Assembly (NCBI GenBank): GCA_037441845.1
Contig: JBBIRK010000001.1
Span: 192,001 to 256,000, forward strand
DNA length: 64,000 nucleotides
Reading direction: 5' to 3'
Origin: Candidatus Zixiibacteriota bacterium
Lineage (GTDB): Bacteria > Zixibacteria > MSB-5A5 > UBA10806 > 4484-95
The translations under genes and the position numbers were made by a program. Shown here in pieces: positions 29,899 through 40,028 of this stretch (position 1 is its first letter; each line of letters begins with the position of its first letter). The notes under the pieces were generated by a model. It did no database searches. It was not told the origin of the DNA and was given only the letters and a program-made list of their open reading frames with translations.

Positions 29899-31770
29899 CT
29901 AATGCCTTAGGCCTTCGATAGCAATCTTCCCCGGCAATCGATCGGTCGATTCTTCAATAAAACGGGAAAACTTCTTAAGGGTTTCCGTGTCGTAATTATA
30001 CCTGCTGAGATTGACAAATCGATAAATCTGGCACCGCCTGCCTGAATGATATGCCGTGAAATGCGCCTGCACTCCTCCCTGTATAAAATCCAGCGCCACG
30101 GAATCTTCCTCGGCAAAACGCCCCTCGGCCAGCGTCAAGCTTATAGATTCCTTAAGCCGCACGGGGAATTCGAGATCGAAGACTTCGTCGGATTCATCGA
30201 TCTCGAACAGCCGCCGCAGATAATCCGCAAGCGGCGAGGCGGCGACGAACAGCAGATGTCCACCATCGGCCGTCGAAAAAAAACGGGCGGTCGATTTGGC
30301 TTTGATGCTTGCCTTGTCCCGGGCGAGATATTCAACAGCGACATTCTGGACGCCGACTCCATAGCCGCCGAGTACCGGAAATTGATCGAGAATATTTTTG
30401 CCGAATTCGTTCGGGTCCGCGGAATACACGGCAAAAGCCGGATCGCGGAAATAATTCAACGTAATTTCCCCTTTGGATATTTCGGAAACGAGCCCTTTGA
30501 AAGTAAGGTTGATTTCTATCATATTTCCCGGATCGCGGGAGTCGAGCAAGACAAGTTCCGATTCATTTCCACCGGAACATACCAACGCTCGTTGTTGTCT
30601 TAAGCGCACCGGTAGAACCTGATCGCAGCATGATCTGCCGCCTGGATCGAAAAACCAATATCTTCCTCCGGAACCGCTCGAAACCCTATTTCCTACCGCG
30701 ACTATAACGTGGTTAAAATATCCGGGCCAGGGTAAAGTATCTATCATTTCCACCCGGTCGCGAGAGGCAACCAGCGCCGGAAAAGCGGAAAAACCAACCG
30801 CCCGCAGCAAGGCGATCAGCAGAGCGGATTGATCGCGGCAATCGCCGTATTTCCGTCTTAATACCTCCATCGGTTTCATCGGTCTGAAATCGCCGCGGCC
30901 GAAATCGGCCGATATGTAGCGAATATTTTCGTTTATGAACCGGTTAAGGTAAACTGCGCTGTCGATTGCAGTCGGGGCGACGTTGCAGATAGTCGATGCA
31001 AGATTATATAGAGCGGTATCCGCGTCTATGCCTTCAGAGGAGATATCGTCATAAAAGGCCGCAACATCGTTCCACGATACCGAGGAATACTTTTTCCCCT
31101 CATACTCGAATGAATCAGGCCTGATTACGATGCGGTATGAATCACGCGTGGAATCCCCCTTTTCCGCCTTATGGGCGGGAATGAATCCCGCAAAAAACGC
31201 CGCCGAATCCTCGGAATCTAATAGCTCGAATCGACCGACGGTCGAATAATGCCTGAAGGGGACGGCTGATTTTACGCTGAGATATGAATTGTATGTGGGA
31301 ATCGCTTTTTGTCGGAAATATTGAGGTAAATAGAGCAGACAATCGAATTCGATTCTATAGCTGACGCCGGCCACTGATCCTTCGCCGCCGAAAGGAATAG
31401 AAACGACTATCGTCTTGCTGTCGGCGAAATAATCCGGCCCGAAGTCGGAATTCGTTCTGATGTCGCTATCGACGAGACCAACGATGCGACCATCAGGCAA
31501 TATGGTGGTGACTTCAATTTGCTTAAGACGAATATGCCTGTTAGTGGATAGCGTTAGGTTCCTGGCGGCCGCATCAACCATCGCCCCGAAACGATACGCC
31601 AGTTTGTGAACGGCCGCGGCTTTATAATCGCCTCCGATCGACAGAAACACCGAGTCATAAAGACAAGTCGTCGATTCATTAGCGGCGGCCTGCGAGCATA
31701 GGATAATGTAAATGAATATAATAAAAATGGCGCAATGGATGCGAATTAACATTACCGATATACCGAACAT
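29899..31770 (-). CDS. Secreted DUF3857-like / transglutaminase-like cysteine enzyme
   Basis: Signal peptide; NIRYIS, YGDCRDQS (Cys), FNHVI (His), FFDP (Asp). Confidence 0.85.
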   Translation of the reverse strand: MFGISVMLIRIHCAIFIIFIYIILCSQAAANESTTCLYDSVFLSIGGDYKAAAVHKLAYRFGAMVDAAARNLTLSTNRHIRLKQIEVTTILPDGRIVGLVDSDIRTNSDFGPDYFADSKTIVVSIPFGGEGSVAGVSYRIEFDCLLYLPQYFRQKAIPTYNSYLSVKSAVPFRHYSTVGRFELLDSEDSAAFFAGFIPAHKAEKGDSTRDSYRIVIRPDSFEYEGKKYSSVSWNDVAAFYDDISSEGIDADTALYNLASTICNVAPTAIDSAVYLNRFINENIRYISADFGRGDFRPMKPMEVLRRKYGDCRDQSALLIALLRAVGFSAFPALVASRDRVEMIDTLPWPGYFNHVIVAVGNRVSSGSGGRYWFFDPGGRSCCDQVLPVRLRQQRALVCSGGNESELVLLDSRDPGNMIEINLTFKGLVSEISKGEITLNYFRDPAFAVYSADPNEFGKNILDQFPVLGGYGVGVQNVAVEYLARDKASIKAKSTARFFSTADGGHLLFVAASPLADYLRRLFEIDESDEVFDLEFPVRLKESISLTLAEGRFAEEDSVALDFIQGGVQAHFTAYHSGRRCQIYRFVNLSRYNYDTETLKKFSRFIEESTDRLPGKIAIEGLRH

Positions 31771-31783
31771 CGGTAGATTAATG

Positions 31784-32473
31784 CTATTTCAGATAGCCGG
31801 CGATCTGATTCACCCAATCGATAAGAAATCTGAATCGGCCGATCAGTAGCGAAATGCGCGACATGACGGTGTATCCGAACGTGGAGCCGAACCCGATCAT
31901 CAAAATCCACACACCGAATCTGGCCATGCCGCCGACGATCCCTTTATGCTCCATCGAAAAATAAAAGTAGGTAAGCCCGCATATCGTTCCGATTATCACG
32001 ATAAGATCTTTTAGAACCGCGGAGATCGACCCACCCAGAGGTATCATGCTTGCACGCATCTGCTCGACCGTGAAACTCTGCAAATAAAGCGGCAGCGCCA
32101 CACCCGCGGAAATGGCCAGATAAAAAGCAATCGGCCAACGGGACAGCCAGGAGATTTTCGAGAAGAAACGGGTGAACATGATCAAGCCGCCGATACCGGG
32201 AATCACGCTCAAAAAGAATCGCCCAAATTCGCTCATGAACGAGCCGCCGGGCGTAACCAAGGCCTTGAATCCGTTCGTCAGCGGTTCAAGCCAGAGCGCG
32301 ACCAACGACTGATGATACAAGACGGCGATCCAGTATCCTGCGGAAAGCCCCACGATCAGATGCTCGGCCAATCTATAGAAGGGATTGTCTTTGTATAAAA
32401 ATGAAAATATCGAGAGAGTTAAATAGGCGCCCAGCGTATACCAGAGTACCGTTCCCAGCGAAACCTGCTCCAT
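31784..32473 (-). CDS. Cassette 4 subunit D: polytopic membrane protein
   Basis: SFLYKDNPFY..AEH, FGSTFGYTVMSRISLLIGR; paralog of D1-D3. Confidence 0.9.
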   Translation of the reverse strand: MEQVSLGTVLWYTLGAYLTLSIFSFLYKDNPFYRLAEHLIVGLSAGYWIAVLYHQSLVALWLEPLTNGFKALVTPGGSFMSEFGRFFLSVIPGIGGLIMFTRFFSKISWLSRWPIAFYLAISAGVALPLYLQSFTVEQMRASMIPLGGSISAVLKDLIVIIGTICGLTYFYFSMEHKGIVGGMARFGVWILMIGFGSTFGYTVMSRISLLIGRFRFLIDWVNQIAGYLK

Positions 32474-32474
32474 A

Positions 32475-33320
32475 TCAACCCTTTTTCTTTCTTGAGGAGA
32501 AATAAGCGATATTACCGACGATGATGAATATCACGATCACGCTGTGGGCGATAGATTGGACATCCATAGCCCGCATGGCTAAGCCCGGATGATTTATCAA
32601 TTTTTCGTATTCGGCCGCGCCCTTCAGACCGCCGATCAGTCCGAATATCTGATTGGAAGACAAAAAAGCATAATAATCGGTGGCCATGACCGCCGTAACC
32701 CCTATCGCCAGCGGAGCTCCATAACGCGTATGAGCGTAATTTATCCAGTAATCGACCCCGGACGTGGCGTTTATGTTAACTATCATGGCACAGCTCGAAT
32801 AATTATACACTCCGGCCATCATGGGAAGACTATCCAGCAGATTGCCGTAATAATCTCGTGGAAACGGCTTGCGAAAATCCTCGCCCATATTAAGAATCAC
32901 TATTCCCGGATAAGGTTTGTATCCGAGAAAAACGTAATCCTCGCCGTATTTACGCCCATATTCGGCGGCAATCAATTCGAGATCGTTTTTAATGATGGTT
33001 ACGCCCTCGATCTGCAGAGCCGTGGATATGACCTTTATCCCCTTGGAAAAGCAGTGCCGCAATATGGCGTAGGCCATGGGTTGGAGTTCGGCCATCGTCG
33101 CCGGATCGTATTCCATGGGGATCATGATGATCGAGCCGGCCTTAAGGCTATCGATCCGGTCATAGACATTCTGCACTTCTTTTGTGACTTGAACCGGCAA
33201 ACCGATAGGAAACAATATCGGAATGAAAACAACAATTCCGATGACCAAATAAATCCAACGCCGGTCGATATTGATCAGTCGCGACCAGAAACCTTCGCTC
33301 GGCATTTGTTGCTGGTTCAC
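32475..33320 (-). CDS. Cassette 4 subunit C: two-TM protein with external alpha/beta domain
   Basis: IDRRWIY, YDP...EL.PM, DYVFLGY, GGLKGAAEYE, QSIAH...GNIAYF. Confidence 0.9.
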   Translation of the reverse strand: MNQQQMPSEGFWSRLINIDRRWIYLVIGIVVFIPILFPIGLPVQVTKEVQNVYDRIDSLKAGSIIMIPMEYDPATMAELQPMAYAILRHCFSKGIKVISTALQIEGVTIIKNDLELIAAEYGRKYGEDYVFLGYKPYPGIVILNMGEDFRKPFPRDYYGNLLDSLPMMAGVYNYSSCAMIVNINATSGVDYWINYAHTRYGAPLAIGVTAVMATDYYAFLSSNQIFGLIGGLKGAAEYEKLINHPGLAMRAMDVQSIAHSVIVIFIIVGNIAYFSSRKKKG

Positions 33321-33964
33321 TTGCCGTCTCCTCCGAGCCAGGTCCTTTCGATTCCGAGGATTATTTTAAGCGAAACAGCCGCCACGCCGAGGCCCACGCC
33401 TATGTAAATCGTCCGTTTGGCGGCGGTGTTGGGAACGTATAGCAGAAATTCAGAAATTTTGGAAAGTTGCAAAGGCTCGGGCAGCCAGCCGCTGATAATT
33501 TCACCGATCGGCACCCTCCCCAGCATCACTATTACGGCGGCCAACAACAGAAGAGTCGACAATACGGTACGGGCGCGAAACGCTCGATAAGCCGCACTGG
33601 CGATAAAGAAGGCCAGCAAGGCGAACATGGTGGCGGTAACCGGTGATAGCCCGAATCGATAAAAATGTATGAACAAATCATTCTCCATGCCACCGAACAA
33701 TCCGAGGCCGGCCATGCCTATAAGCGAGATAATCGTGACGAACGAATATCCCCAACCCTCTTTCCTGAATCTGATTTTGCTGTAATGAACGCTCAACAGG
33801 GAGGCGATACCGATCACCATGGTGAATATGCCGATAATAATGGTCCAATTATTGAATTCCTGATAGATATTCGAGGAAATTCGATGGGGAACGAAATATT
33901 GAAACGCCATGAAAACGCCGAAAACGAGCACTATCAGAAGCGGTATCTCTCTTTTCACGGTCAA
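33317..33964 (-). CDS. Cassette 4 subunit B: polytopic membrane protein
   Basis: KREIP, TMFALLAFFIASAAYRAFRAR, ILGIER. Confidence 0.9.
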   Translation of the reverse strand: MTVKREIPLLIVLVFGVFMAFQYFVPHRISSNIYQEFNNWTIIIGIFTMVIGIASLLSVHYSKIRFRKEGWGYSFVTIISLIGMAGLGLFGGMENDLFIHFYRFGLSPVTATMFALLAFFIASAAYRAFRARTVLSTLLLLAAVIVMLGRVPIGEIISGWLPEPLQLSKISEFLLYVPNTAAKRTIYIGVGLGVAAVSLKIILGIERTWLGGDGK

Positions 33965-34032
33965 CCCCTAATGGAACAGATTGGACTTTGAAGTAAACAA
34001 CCAAAATGGCGCATCATGATTCCCGATAGCTC

Positions 34033-35208
34033 CTAACCCACATTGAACCAAGCGGCGAAAGATTTCCATCCGAACGTAGCGAAAATAGTGCCGATTATTA
34101 TCAATGCCGCGATTGTCACTTTTCCCCAATCCTGAGCCTTGAGCGTTCCCAGCTGTTGAGGTTCTTTGGAGAGATAGGCCGATGCGGCATACAATTCCTC
34201 GCCCATCAGCACGAAATCGCAGGCGCAAACGAAAAACGGGATCTGCACGAGCTGGTCGGTGCCGGCGATCTGAATCGACCCGGCCACGAAACCGGTTTCC
34301 GCTAGAACCAGCGATTCGGCGTAAAACATCCCCATATAAAAATTGGTAGCGGTTTTTTCGCGAAGAATTATGCCGTTGACCGCCGCGGTATAGGGAAACT
34401 GGTCTTGGGTCACGTAGAAAACATCCTTGGGATCATATAAATCGGGCTTGCCGGCCGCAGAATAGGCCTCCCTGACGACCTCCTGACATACGGTCATCAC
34501 CACCGGATCATAGTTGGGTACTATCACCCGGGTGTTGTATTCGGCGGTCTTGCGGGCGACCCGGGCCAGAATCGTGAAAGCGGCGATTGTGGCGACATCG
34601 GCGGCGGTGCCGAGTCCCGGTACATAAAGTATCGGCCGGCCCATCTCCGTCGCGCGCCCTATTGCTTCATCGACGGCGTTGATACCGGCGATCGGCCGTA
34701 CCTTGAAAGTATAACCGGAGCGGGCGCGTTTTATAAAAAACACCGCGGTCGCGCTGAATAGAAGCATCAGAATCAGAATCGGTATCCTGCCGGTATGAAA
34801 CCATTGTCCGGCGGCCACCCCGGATCCCGCCTCGAAGGCCGCCGACTCGATACCTTCTTCAATATAGATAAGCCGATAATAATAGCATACGTGGTCTTTC
34901 AGACCGGAATCTTCGTAGCGCAATGCGTTTCCGGGCAATGTGGCTGCCAATTCGTATGGCCCTTCGGCCGCAGTCGAACGATAAATCGCGATTTCACCTG
35001 CATACCCCGCAGCAGAAATGGACGGAACCAACTCCCATTCGAGTGTCAGAGCACCCCCCACATCGTTGGGCTTGTCGGTGATGCGGCAGTTTTTGATGGG
35101 ATTCGAAGGGATTGCAGGTGTGGTATCGAGCGCAGCCCCGCTTATCTCCGCAACAGCCGTTACACTGAGCAAAAATAATGAAGCCGCCAATCCAATAGCC
35201 AACCGCAT
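34033..35208 (-). CDS. Cassette 4 subunit A: signal peptide + FN3-like domain + TM + DUF6754-like domain
   Basis: DKPNDVG...W, YYYRL; AIGRATEMG, LAETG, IQIAGT, GEELYAASAYLS, LKAQD. Confidence 0.9.
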   Translation of the reverse strand: MRLAIGLAASLFLLSVTAVAEISGAALDTTPAIPSNPIKNCRITDKPNDVGGALTLEWELVPSISAAGYAGEIAIYRSTAAEGPYELAATLPGNALRYEDSGLKDHVCYYYRLIYIEEGIESAAFEAGSGVAAGQWFHTGRIPILILMLLFSATAVFFIKRARSGYTFKVRPIAGINAVDEAIGRATEMGRPILYVPGLGTAADVATIAAFTILARVARKTAEYNTRVIVPNYDPVVMTVCQEVVREAYSAAGKPDLYDPKDVFYVTQDQFPYTAAVNGIILREKTATNFYMGMFYAESLVLAETGFVAGSIQIAGTDQLVQIPFFVCACDFVLMGEELYAASAYLSKEPQQLGTLKAQDWGKVTIAALIIIGTIFATFGWKSFAAWFNVG

Positions 35209-35388
35209 ACCGCAATTTATCCAATCTCACTCAACATAACAAGAAAAAACAATCGCAGCCATATCATATAATGCTTGCCTATCGGGTCGCCTTTGAATTT
35301 TGCCTGCTCGAAATGCATTAGTAACCGCGTGCCTTGTCGCTTATATCGGATATTGAATATAGGGAAAACCGTATATTGCCGCTTAATG

Positions 35389-35420
35389 AAAAAGGGGTGC
35401 TTTTCGAAACACCCCTATTT
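35389..35420 (-). terminator. Intrinsic terminator after cassette 3
   Basis: AGGGGTG/CACCCCT stem with a T tail on the minus strand, just after the D3 stop. Confidence 0.75.
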
Positions 35421-35442
35421 ACCCTTACGGTCTGATGATGGA

Positions 35443-36081
35443 TCAAGACCCGCCTATAAAAGCCACCAATCCTCTCACATAATCGTTGATAAAAATCACT
35501 CTTTGGACCAGCAGCGCGATACGCCCCATCACCGTCATCCCGAAACCGGCTCCGAACCCGATCATGATGACGTAAATTCCTATTCGCGAAACCGTTCCTA
35601 TAGCCCCTTTGTGCGGCAACGAGAAGAAGAAGTAAACCAGCGCCGACACCACCGCCAGCACGATCAGAAATGTATTGATTCCCGCGTAATCGGCGGTTAT
35701 CGGCATCCCTATCGTGGCTTGAAGCTGCTTGAATAAAAATGTATAAAGCGTAACGGTTATGGTCACGCCCGACGATATGCCTATGTAGAAGGCGATCGAG
35801 TATCGCGACAGCCAGGCGTATTTTTTGGAAAACCTGGTCCACATCAACACTCCGAGCAACGCCGGGATTATGTAATGCAATTGGCCGCGGACGAATATCG
35901 GGGTCAACACCTTATCGGTGAAATTGGTATGATAAAGAAGCATCGTCCAATACCCGGTGGCGACACCAGCCACCAGGCGCTCGGCGAACTTGTAAAACGG
36001 ATTGTCGCGGTATAGGAAACTGAAAATGCAAAGCGTCAGAAATACCGCTATGCCGTTGAGAATGGCTTGTTCGGTCGTCAT
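35443..36081 (-). CDS. Cassette 3 subunit D: polytopic membrane protein
   Basis: SFLYRDNPFYKFAE, FGAGFGMTVMGRIALL; ATGA overlap with C3. Confidence 0.9.
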   Translation of the reverse strand: MTTEQAILNGIAVFLTLCIFSFLYRDNPFYKFAERLVAGVATGYWTMLLYHTNFTDKVLTPIFVRGQLHYIIPALLGVLMWTRFSKKYAWLSRYSIAFYIGISSGVTITVTLYTFLFKQLQATIGMPITADYAGINTFLIVLAVVSALVYFFFSLPHKGAIGTVSRIGIYVIMIGFGAGFGMTVMGRIALLVQRVIFINDYVRGLVAFIGGS

Positions 36082-36917
36082 CTGCCGCCTCCGAGTTGTT
36101 GTTTTTGTTTGCGGGTGGCGAAGTAAGCGATGTTGGAGATCAAAATAAAGGCGATAATCACTGAATGGGCGATTACCTGATAAGCCATCTGCTCCTTGCC
36201 CTTGCCCGGGAATCCCACCAGTTGCTCATATTCGGCGGCACCTTTGACCCCGGGTATTATTCCGAAAATCTGCCCCGACTGCAAATACTGATAGTAATCG
36301 GCGGCCATAACTCCGGTAATTCCGATCGCCAGCGGAAAATCGAAACGGCCGACTCCATAGGTTATCCAGAAATCCGCGGTATTTCCTGCCGTGAAATCGA
36401 TCACCGCCTTGACATCCGCGAAATTGCGGATATCTCGCATCATCGGCATCGAATCCAATGGCACGCTGTAATGATCCACCGGAAAGGGAACCCTGAAATT
36501 GATGCCCATCAACATGATTGTGATGGCTGGATATGGTCGGTAACCAAGAAATACATAATCTTCACCACGGACCCGATGGTGAGCGGCGGCAAGTCTGGTT
36601 GTCAGGTCTTCCACCATACCCGGTCCGAACTGCGCCAAGGTTACGATAATGACTTTGAGATCTTTGGCAAATGCCTGGTTCAGCACGGCCTCGGCCATGG
36701 GATTCAACTCGGCCATCGATGATGGATCGTAATCCACCGCAATGAACAGGTAATCACCGGCGTTAAGGTTTTCGACGAAATCATATATCTTCTTAACCTC
36801 CGGCGAAACCGACACTGGAACTTCGAACTGCACCACCACCGGTATAATCACCGCCAGGCCGATCGACAGGTAGATCCAGCGGCGGTCTATAAGCATCATT
36901 TTTTCGAGAAAACTCAT
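36078..36917 (-). CDS. Cassette 3 subunit C
   Basis: IDRRWIY, DYDPSSMAEL, DYVFLGY, GVKGAAEYE, QVIAH. ATG 36917 follows GAGGTG. Confidence 0.9.
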   Translation of the reverse strand: MSFLEKMMLIDRRWIYLSIGLAVIIPVVVQFEVPVSVSPEVKKIYDFVENLNAGDYLFIAVDYDPSSMAELNPMAEAVLNQAFAKDLKVIIVTLAQFGPGMVEDLTTRLAAAHHRVRGEDYVFLGYRPYPAITIMLMGINFRVPFPVDHYSVPLDSMPMMRDIRNFADVKAVIDFTAGNTADFWITYGVGRFDFPLAIGITGVMAADYYQYLQSGQIFGIIPGVKGAAEYEQLVGFPGKGKEQMAYQVIAHSVIIAFILISNIAYFATRKQKQQLGGGR

Positions 36918-36924
36918 ACCCACC

Positions 36925-37542
36925 TCAATCTCTACCCATATAGGTTCGTTCGATACCGAGGATTATCTTGATCGCGGTGGCCGCGGCCCCCAGACCAATC
37001 CCCATCATGATGGCCCGCTTGGCGGCCATATTAGGAACCGATAGAATCCAAGCGACAGCTCCAAGATTAGCAGTCGAAATCGGTCCGAGAGGAATAAAGC
37101 GGAGCATGACCAGAAATGCCGTAATCAGCAATACGGTGGCCAATACCGAGCGCGCCCGGAAAGCACGGTAAGCCGCACTGGCGATAAAAAAGGCCAGAAG
37201 CGAAAATACCGTCGCCTGAATGGGAATCAGAATGGTATTGAAAAGTTTCATGAACACTGATCCGGCTTCAAACGACTCGCGTTTCAAACCGGTAAGAACC
37301 ATCGCCAGAAAACCGGCCAAAAGAACCGCAGAGTAAAATCTTTCCTTGGGGTCCTTGAGTTTAAGCACGTTCGCTTTTACCAGGCTCCATATCCCGAGAG
37401 GTAAAGACAGAATCCCGATCACCATTACCCAATCCTGACCATAGGTGAAAATGAATTCCGACCAACCGGTGGGTATGAAGTACTGGAAAAACATGACTAC
37501 ACCCGTAACCCCGACTATGATAATGGGAATCTCACGTTTCAT
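36925..37542 (-). CDS. Cassette 3 subunit B
   Basis: MKREIP, FSLLAFFIASAAYRAFRAR, ILGIER. Confidence 0.9.
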   Translation of the reverse strand: MKREIPIIIVGVTGVVMFFQYFIPTGWSEFIFTYGQDWVMVIGILSLPLGIWSLVKANVLKLKDPKERFYSAVLLAGFLAMVLTGLKRESFEAGSVFMKLFNTILIPIQATVFSLLAFFIASAAYRAFRARSVLATVLLITAFLVMLRFIPLGPISTANLGAVAWILSVPNMAAKRAIMMGIGLGAAATAIKIILGIERTYMGRD

Positions 37543-37555
37543 CGATCGCTCCGAG

Positions 37556-38815
37556 CTACAGGTTTATGGTTACCAAGTTGCGCAAGAAAGGCCAGCCGGC
37601 GGTAATTGCAATCGCGCCCAGAATCACGAACAGCATTACGATCGCCTTCGTGTAATCCTGCGCCTTCAAAGTCCCTAATTGAACCGGCTCCTGCGAAAGA
37701 TAGGCCGATGCGGCGTAGAGCTCCTCGCCGATCAACGTATAATCGGTGGCGGCTACGAAGAAAGGCAGCTGAGCTATCTGGTCGGTGCCGGATATCTGTA
37801 TGGATCCGGCAATGTTGCCGGTCTCAGCCAGAATCAGCGCCTCGGCGTGGAAAACACCCATATAGAAGTTGGTCGCCGGGCGCTCCCTTAACATGATACC
37901 ATTCACCGCCGCCACATAGGGGAATTGCATCGATGTCACATAGTAGATATTATCCGGATTATATTGATCGGGCCTGCCCACCTCGAGATAAGCCGTGCGA
38001 ACGGTCTCCTGAGCCACCGCCAACACAACCGGATCGTTCACCGGCACCAGGACGCGCGTCTGATATTCGGCGGTGCGTTTGGCCACCCGCGATAGAATCG
38101 TGAATCCGGCTATGGTTGCGATATCACCGGCGGTCCCCAGCCCGAGAATATATAGAATCGGCTTGCCCATCTCTGTGGCGCGTCCGATAGCATCGTCCAC
38201 GGCGTTTATCCCGGCGAGAGGTCGTACGTAAAGCTTTTTCCCTCGTTTCGCGTGGATTATCAAATACATAAGCATTATCGTGAACAAGATGGCGCCGACC
38301 AACACTGGCAGTTTGCCGAAATGAAAAAGGTTTTCCACGGTCGTTCCGGAGACAACGGCGGTTTCCGCGGACCTGATGCCGTCCTCGGTGACGGCGGTCA
38401 GCTTGTAATACCAGGTGCTGCCGGCGGGCATGTAATTGGGATTGGGCCTTTCTTGGGTCGGTGCAAGGTTATCCGAATCCACATATTCTTTATTGCCGCG
38501 TGCGATTATGCCACGCGATATGAACGGACCATCGGGCGATGCCGAGCGGGAAATTTCATATACCGAAACGTTATTCAAGCCGGAGCCGTCATCCGGCGAG
38601 AGATCCCACCTGATGATTAATCCGTGGCCGGCGTCGTTCGGCTTATCGGCGATCCGCACGTTTGCCGGCGGTTGCGGCGCCGGCGGGCCGGTGGAATCGG
38701 CTGCCGCAGACGATTGCGGAACCTGAGCCCACAGCGCCGAGCCGAAAAACAACAGCCCGAAAAAAACTGCCGGAATTCCGATCGCGCCGGAAAATCCATG
38801 TCGATTTTTCATCAA
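37556..38815 (-). CDS. Cassette 3 subunit A (FN3-like + DUF6754-like)
   Basis: DKPNDAG...WDLSPDD; AIGRATEMG; GEELYAASAYLS. Confidence 0.9.
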   Translation of the reverse strand: MMKNRHGFSGAIGIPAVFFGLLFFGSALWAQVPQSSAAADSTGPPAPQPPANVRIADKPNDAGHGLIIRWDLSPDDGSGLNNVSVYEISRSASPDGPFISRGIIARGNKEYVDSDNLAPTQERPNPNYMPAGSTWYYKLTAVTEDGIRSAETAVVSGTTVENLFHFGKLPVLVGAILFTIMLMYLIIHAKRGKKLYVRPLAGINAVDDAIGRATEMGKPILYILGLGTAGDIATIAGFTILSRVAKRTAEYQTRVLVPVNDPVVLAVAQETVRTAYLEVGRPDQYNPDNIYYVTSMQFPYVAAVNGIMLRERPATNFYMGVFHAEALILAETGNIAGSIQISGTDQIAQLPFFVAATDYTLIGEELYAASAYLSQEPVQLGTLKAQDYTKAIVMLFVILGAIAITAGWPFLRNLVTINL

Positions 38816-38817
38816 TG

Positions 38818-39990
38818 CTACCTCCGTCTGTATCTATTGCTAAGTGCAAATTCTTTTATTTTATAATCCTGCTTTTTCGCCGATTCCAGGAAATCCGTAA
38901 GGTAACTGCGCCAGCCTTTACGCAACGCCTCGATTTCACTATCCGAAAAAAGCTCTCGGCTGAACGATTCGAGCCGTTCGCTTGCAGAGTACAACTCGTT
39001 AAACTTGTTCCATCCATAATTCTTGATCAAAAAATCGACGACCAGCGATCCCACCACCGAATAGAAACTGGCATCGGATCGGAAAAGCTCGGGGTCGAAA
39101 AGCAAAGGGAATTCCGGAAGCGAGTCAAGTCTTCCCGACTGTGCGGCAAGCAATCGAACTACTTCAGGGGTATGACCGTCGGCTCCCCAAAAATATACCG
39201 CCAAGCCGTACTTGATCAGCGGAACCTCGTACGAGTCATGCCCATAACGCCGGTAAGCGAGAATCGGAACCAACCCGACGGCGACTTGCCGGGCCTGCAA
39301 AAGCGGTAGATTGGACGGCATCGAACGATTTTGGTATGCGAAAATCAAGACGGATTCGGCCGGATAAAACCACATCCGCCTTTGAAATCTACTGCCGGAA
39401 AGCTTCTCAACCTCGGCGGGTGATTCCGCGAGATAAATGGTGATCGGGGTATCGTCTTTCACTTCAAGCATCGATTTCGTATGCGCGAACATCGTGCGTA
39501 ACGGCTCATAAAAATCGGCCCCGGGCATTTTCCCCGAAGGCGCCTTTAATATCAATCCATCGACAACGCTTATCACCCACTCATCGCAGTAATAATCGGG
39601 AGGATCGATCAGTTTCCACCCCTTCGAATCAGCCAGATGATAAGTCAAAGATATTCTTTCATTCGAGGAATCGATCAGGGTCACTTTGACTCTTGCCTTT
39701 TTATCCGAGATCTCCGTTTCCTCTATTATCCTGTCGAATGCGGCATAATGAGCTGCCAACGTATCGTCGGGGGGAGCGAAATGCCAGTCGGCAAGGGCAT
39801 TCGACGGTGTCGGATCGAGCCAGTGCCGGTTGGCTTTTATCGGTTCATTCTTCTCGAGGTCGTTCCAGTATCGCTCGAGCGTCTGCCGGGGAGACTCTTT
39901 CGAACAGGCCTTTGCCGACAGAGCGATCAACGTCGACAGGAATAATAATCCCGCAATTCTGAATGCCTTCATTGTGGTCGCCGATAGCAT
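38818..39990 (-). CDS. Exported protein (possible lipoprotein) with a degenerate peptidase MA-like domain
   Basis: Signal ending SAKAC; ITIYL, LIKYGLAVY, FYSVVGSLVVDFLIKNYGWNKFNELY resemble the peptidase MA-like C-terminus; no HEXXH. Confidence 0.65.
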   Translation of the reverse strand: MLSATTMKAFRIAGLLFLSTLIALSAKACSKESPRQTLERYWNDLEKNEPIKANRHWLDPTPSNALADWHFAPPDDTLAAHYAAFDRIIEETEISDKKARVKVTLIDSSNERISLTYHLADSKGWKLIDPPDYYCDEWVISVVDGLILKAPSGKMPGADFYEPLRTMFAHTKSMLEVKDDTPITIYLAESPAEVEKLSGSRFQRRMWFYPAESVLIFAYQNRSMPSNLPLLQARQVAVGLVPILAYRRYGHDSYEVPLIKYGLAVYFWGADGHTPEVVRLLAAQSGRLDSLPEFPLLFDPELFRSDASFYSVVGSLVVDFLIKNYGWNKFNELYSASERLESFSRELFSDSEIEALRKGWRSYLTDFLESAKKQDYKIKEFALSNRYRRR

Positions 39991-40028
39991 CGTAAATCCG
40001 GTCTATACCGCGGCAAAAGACCACCTCA

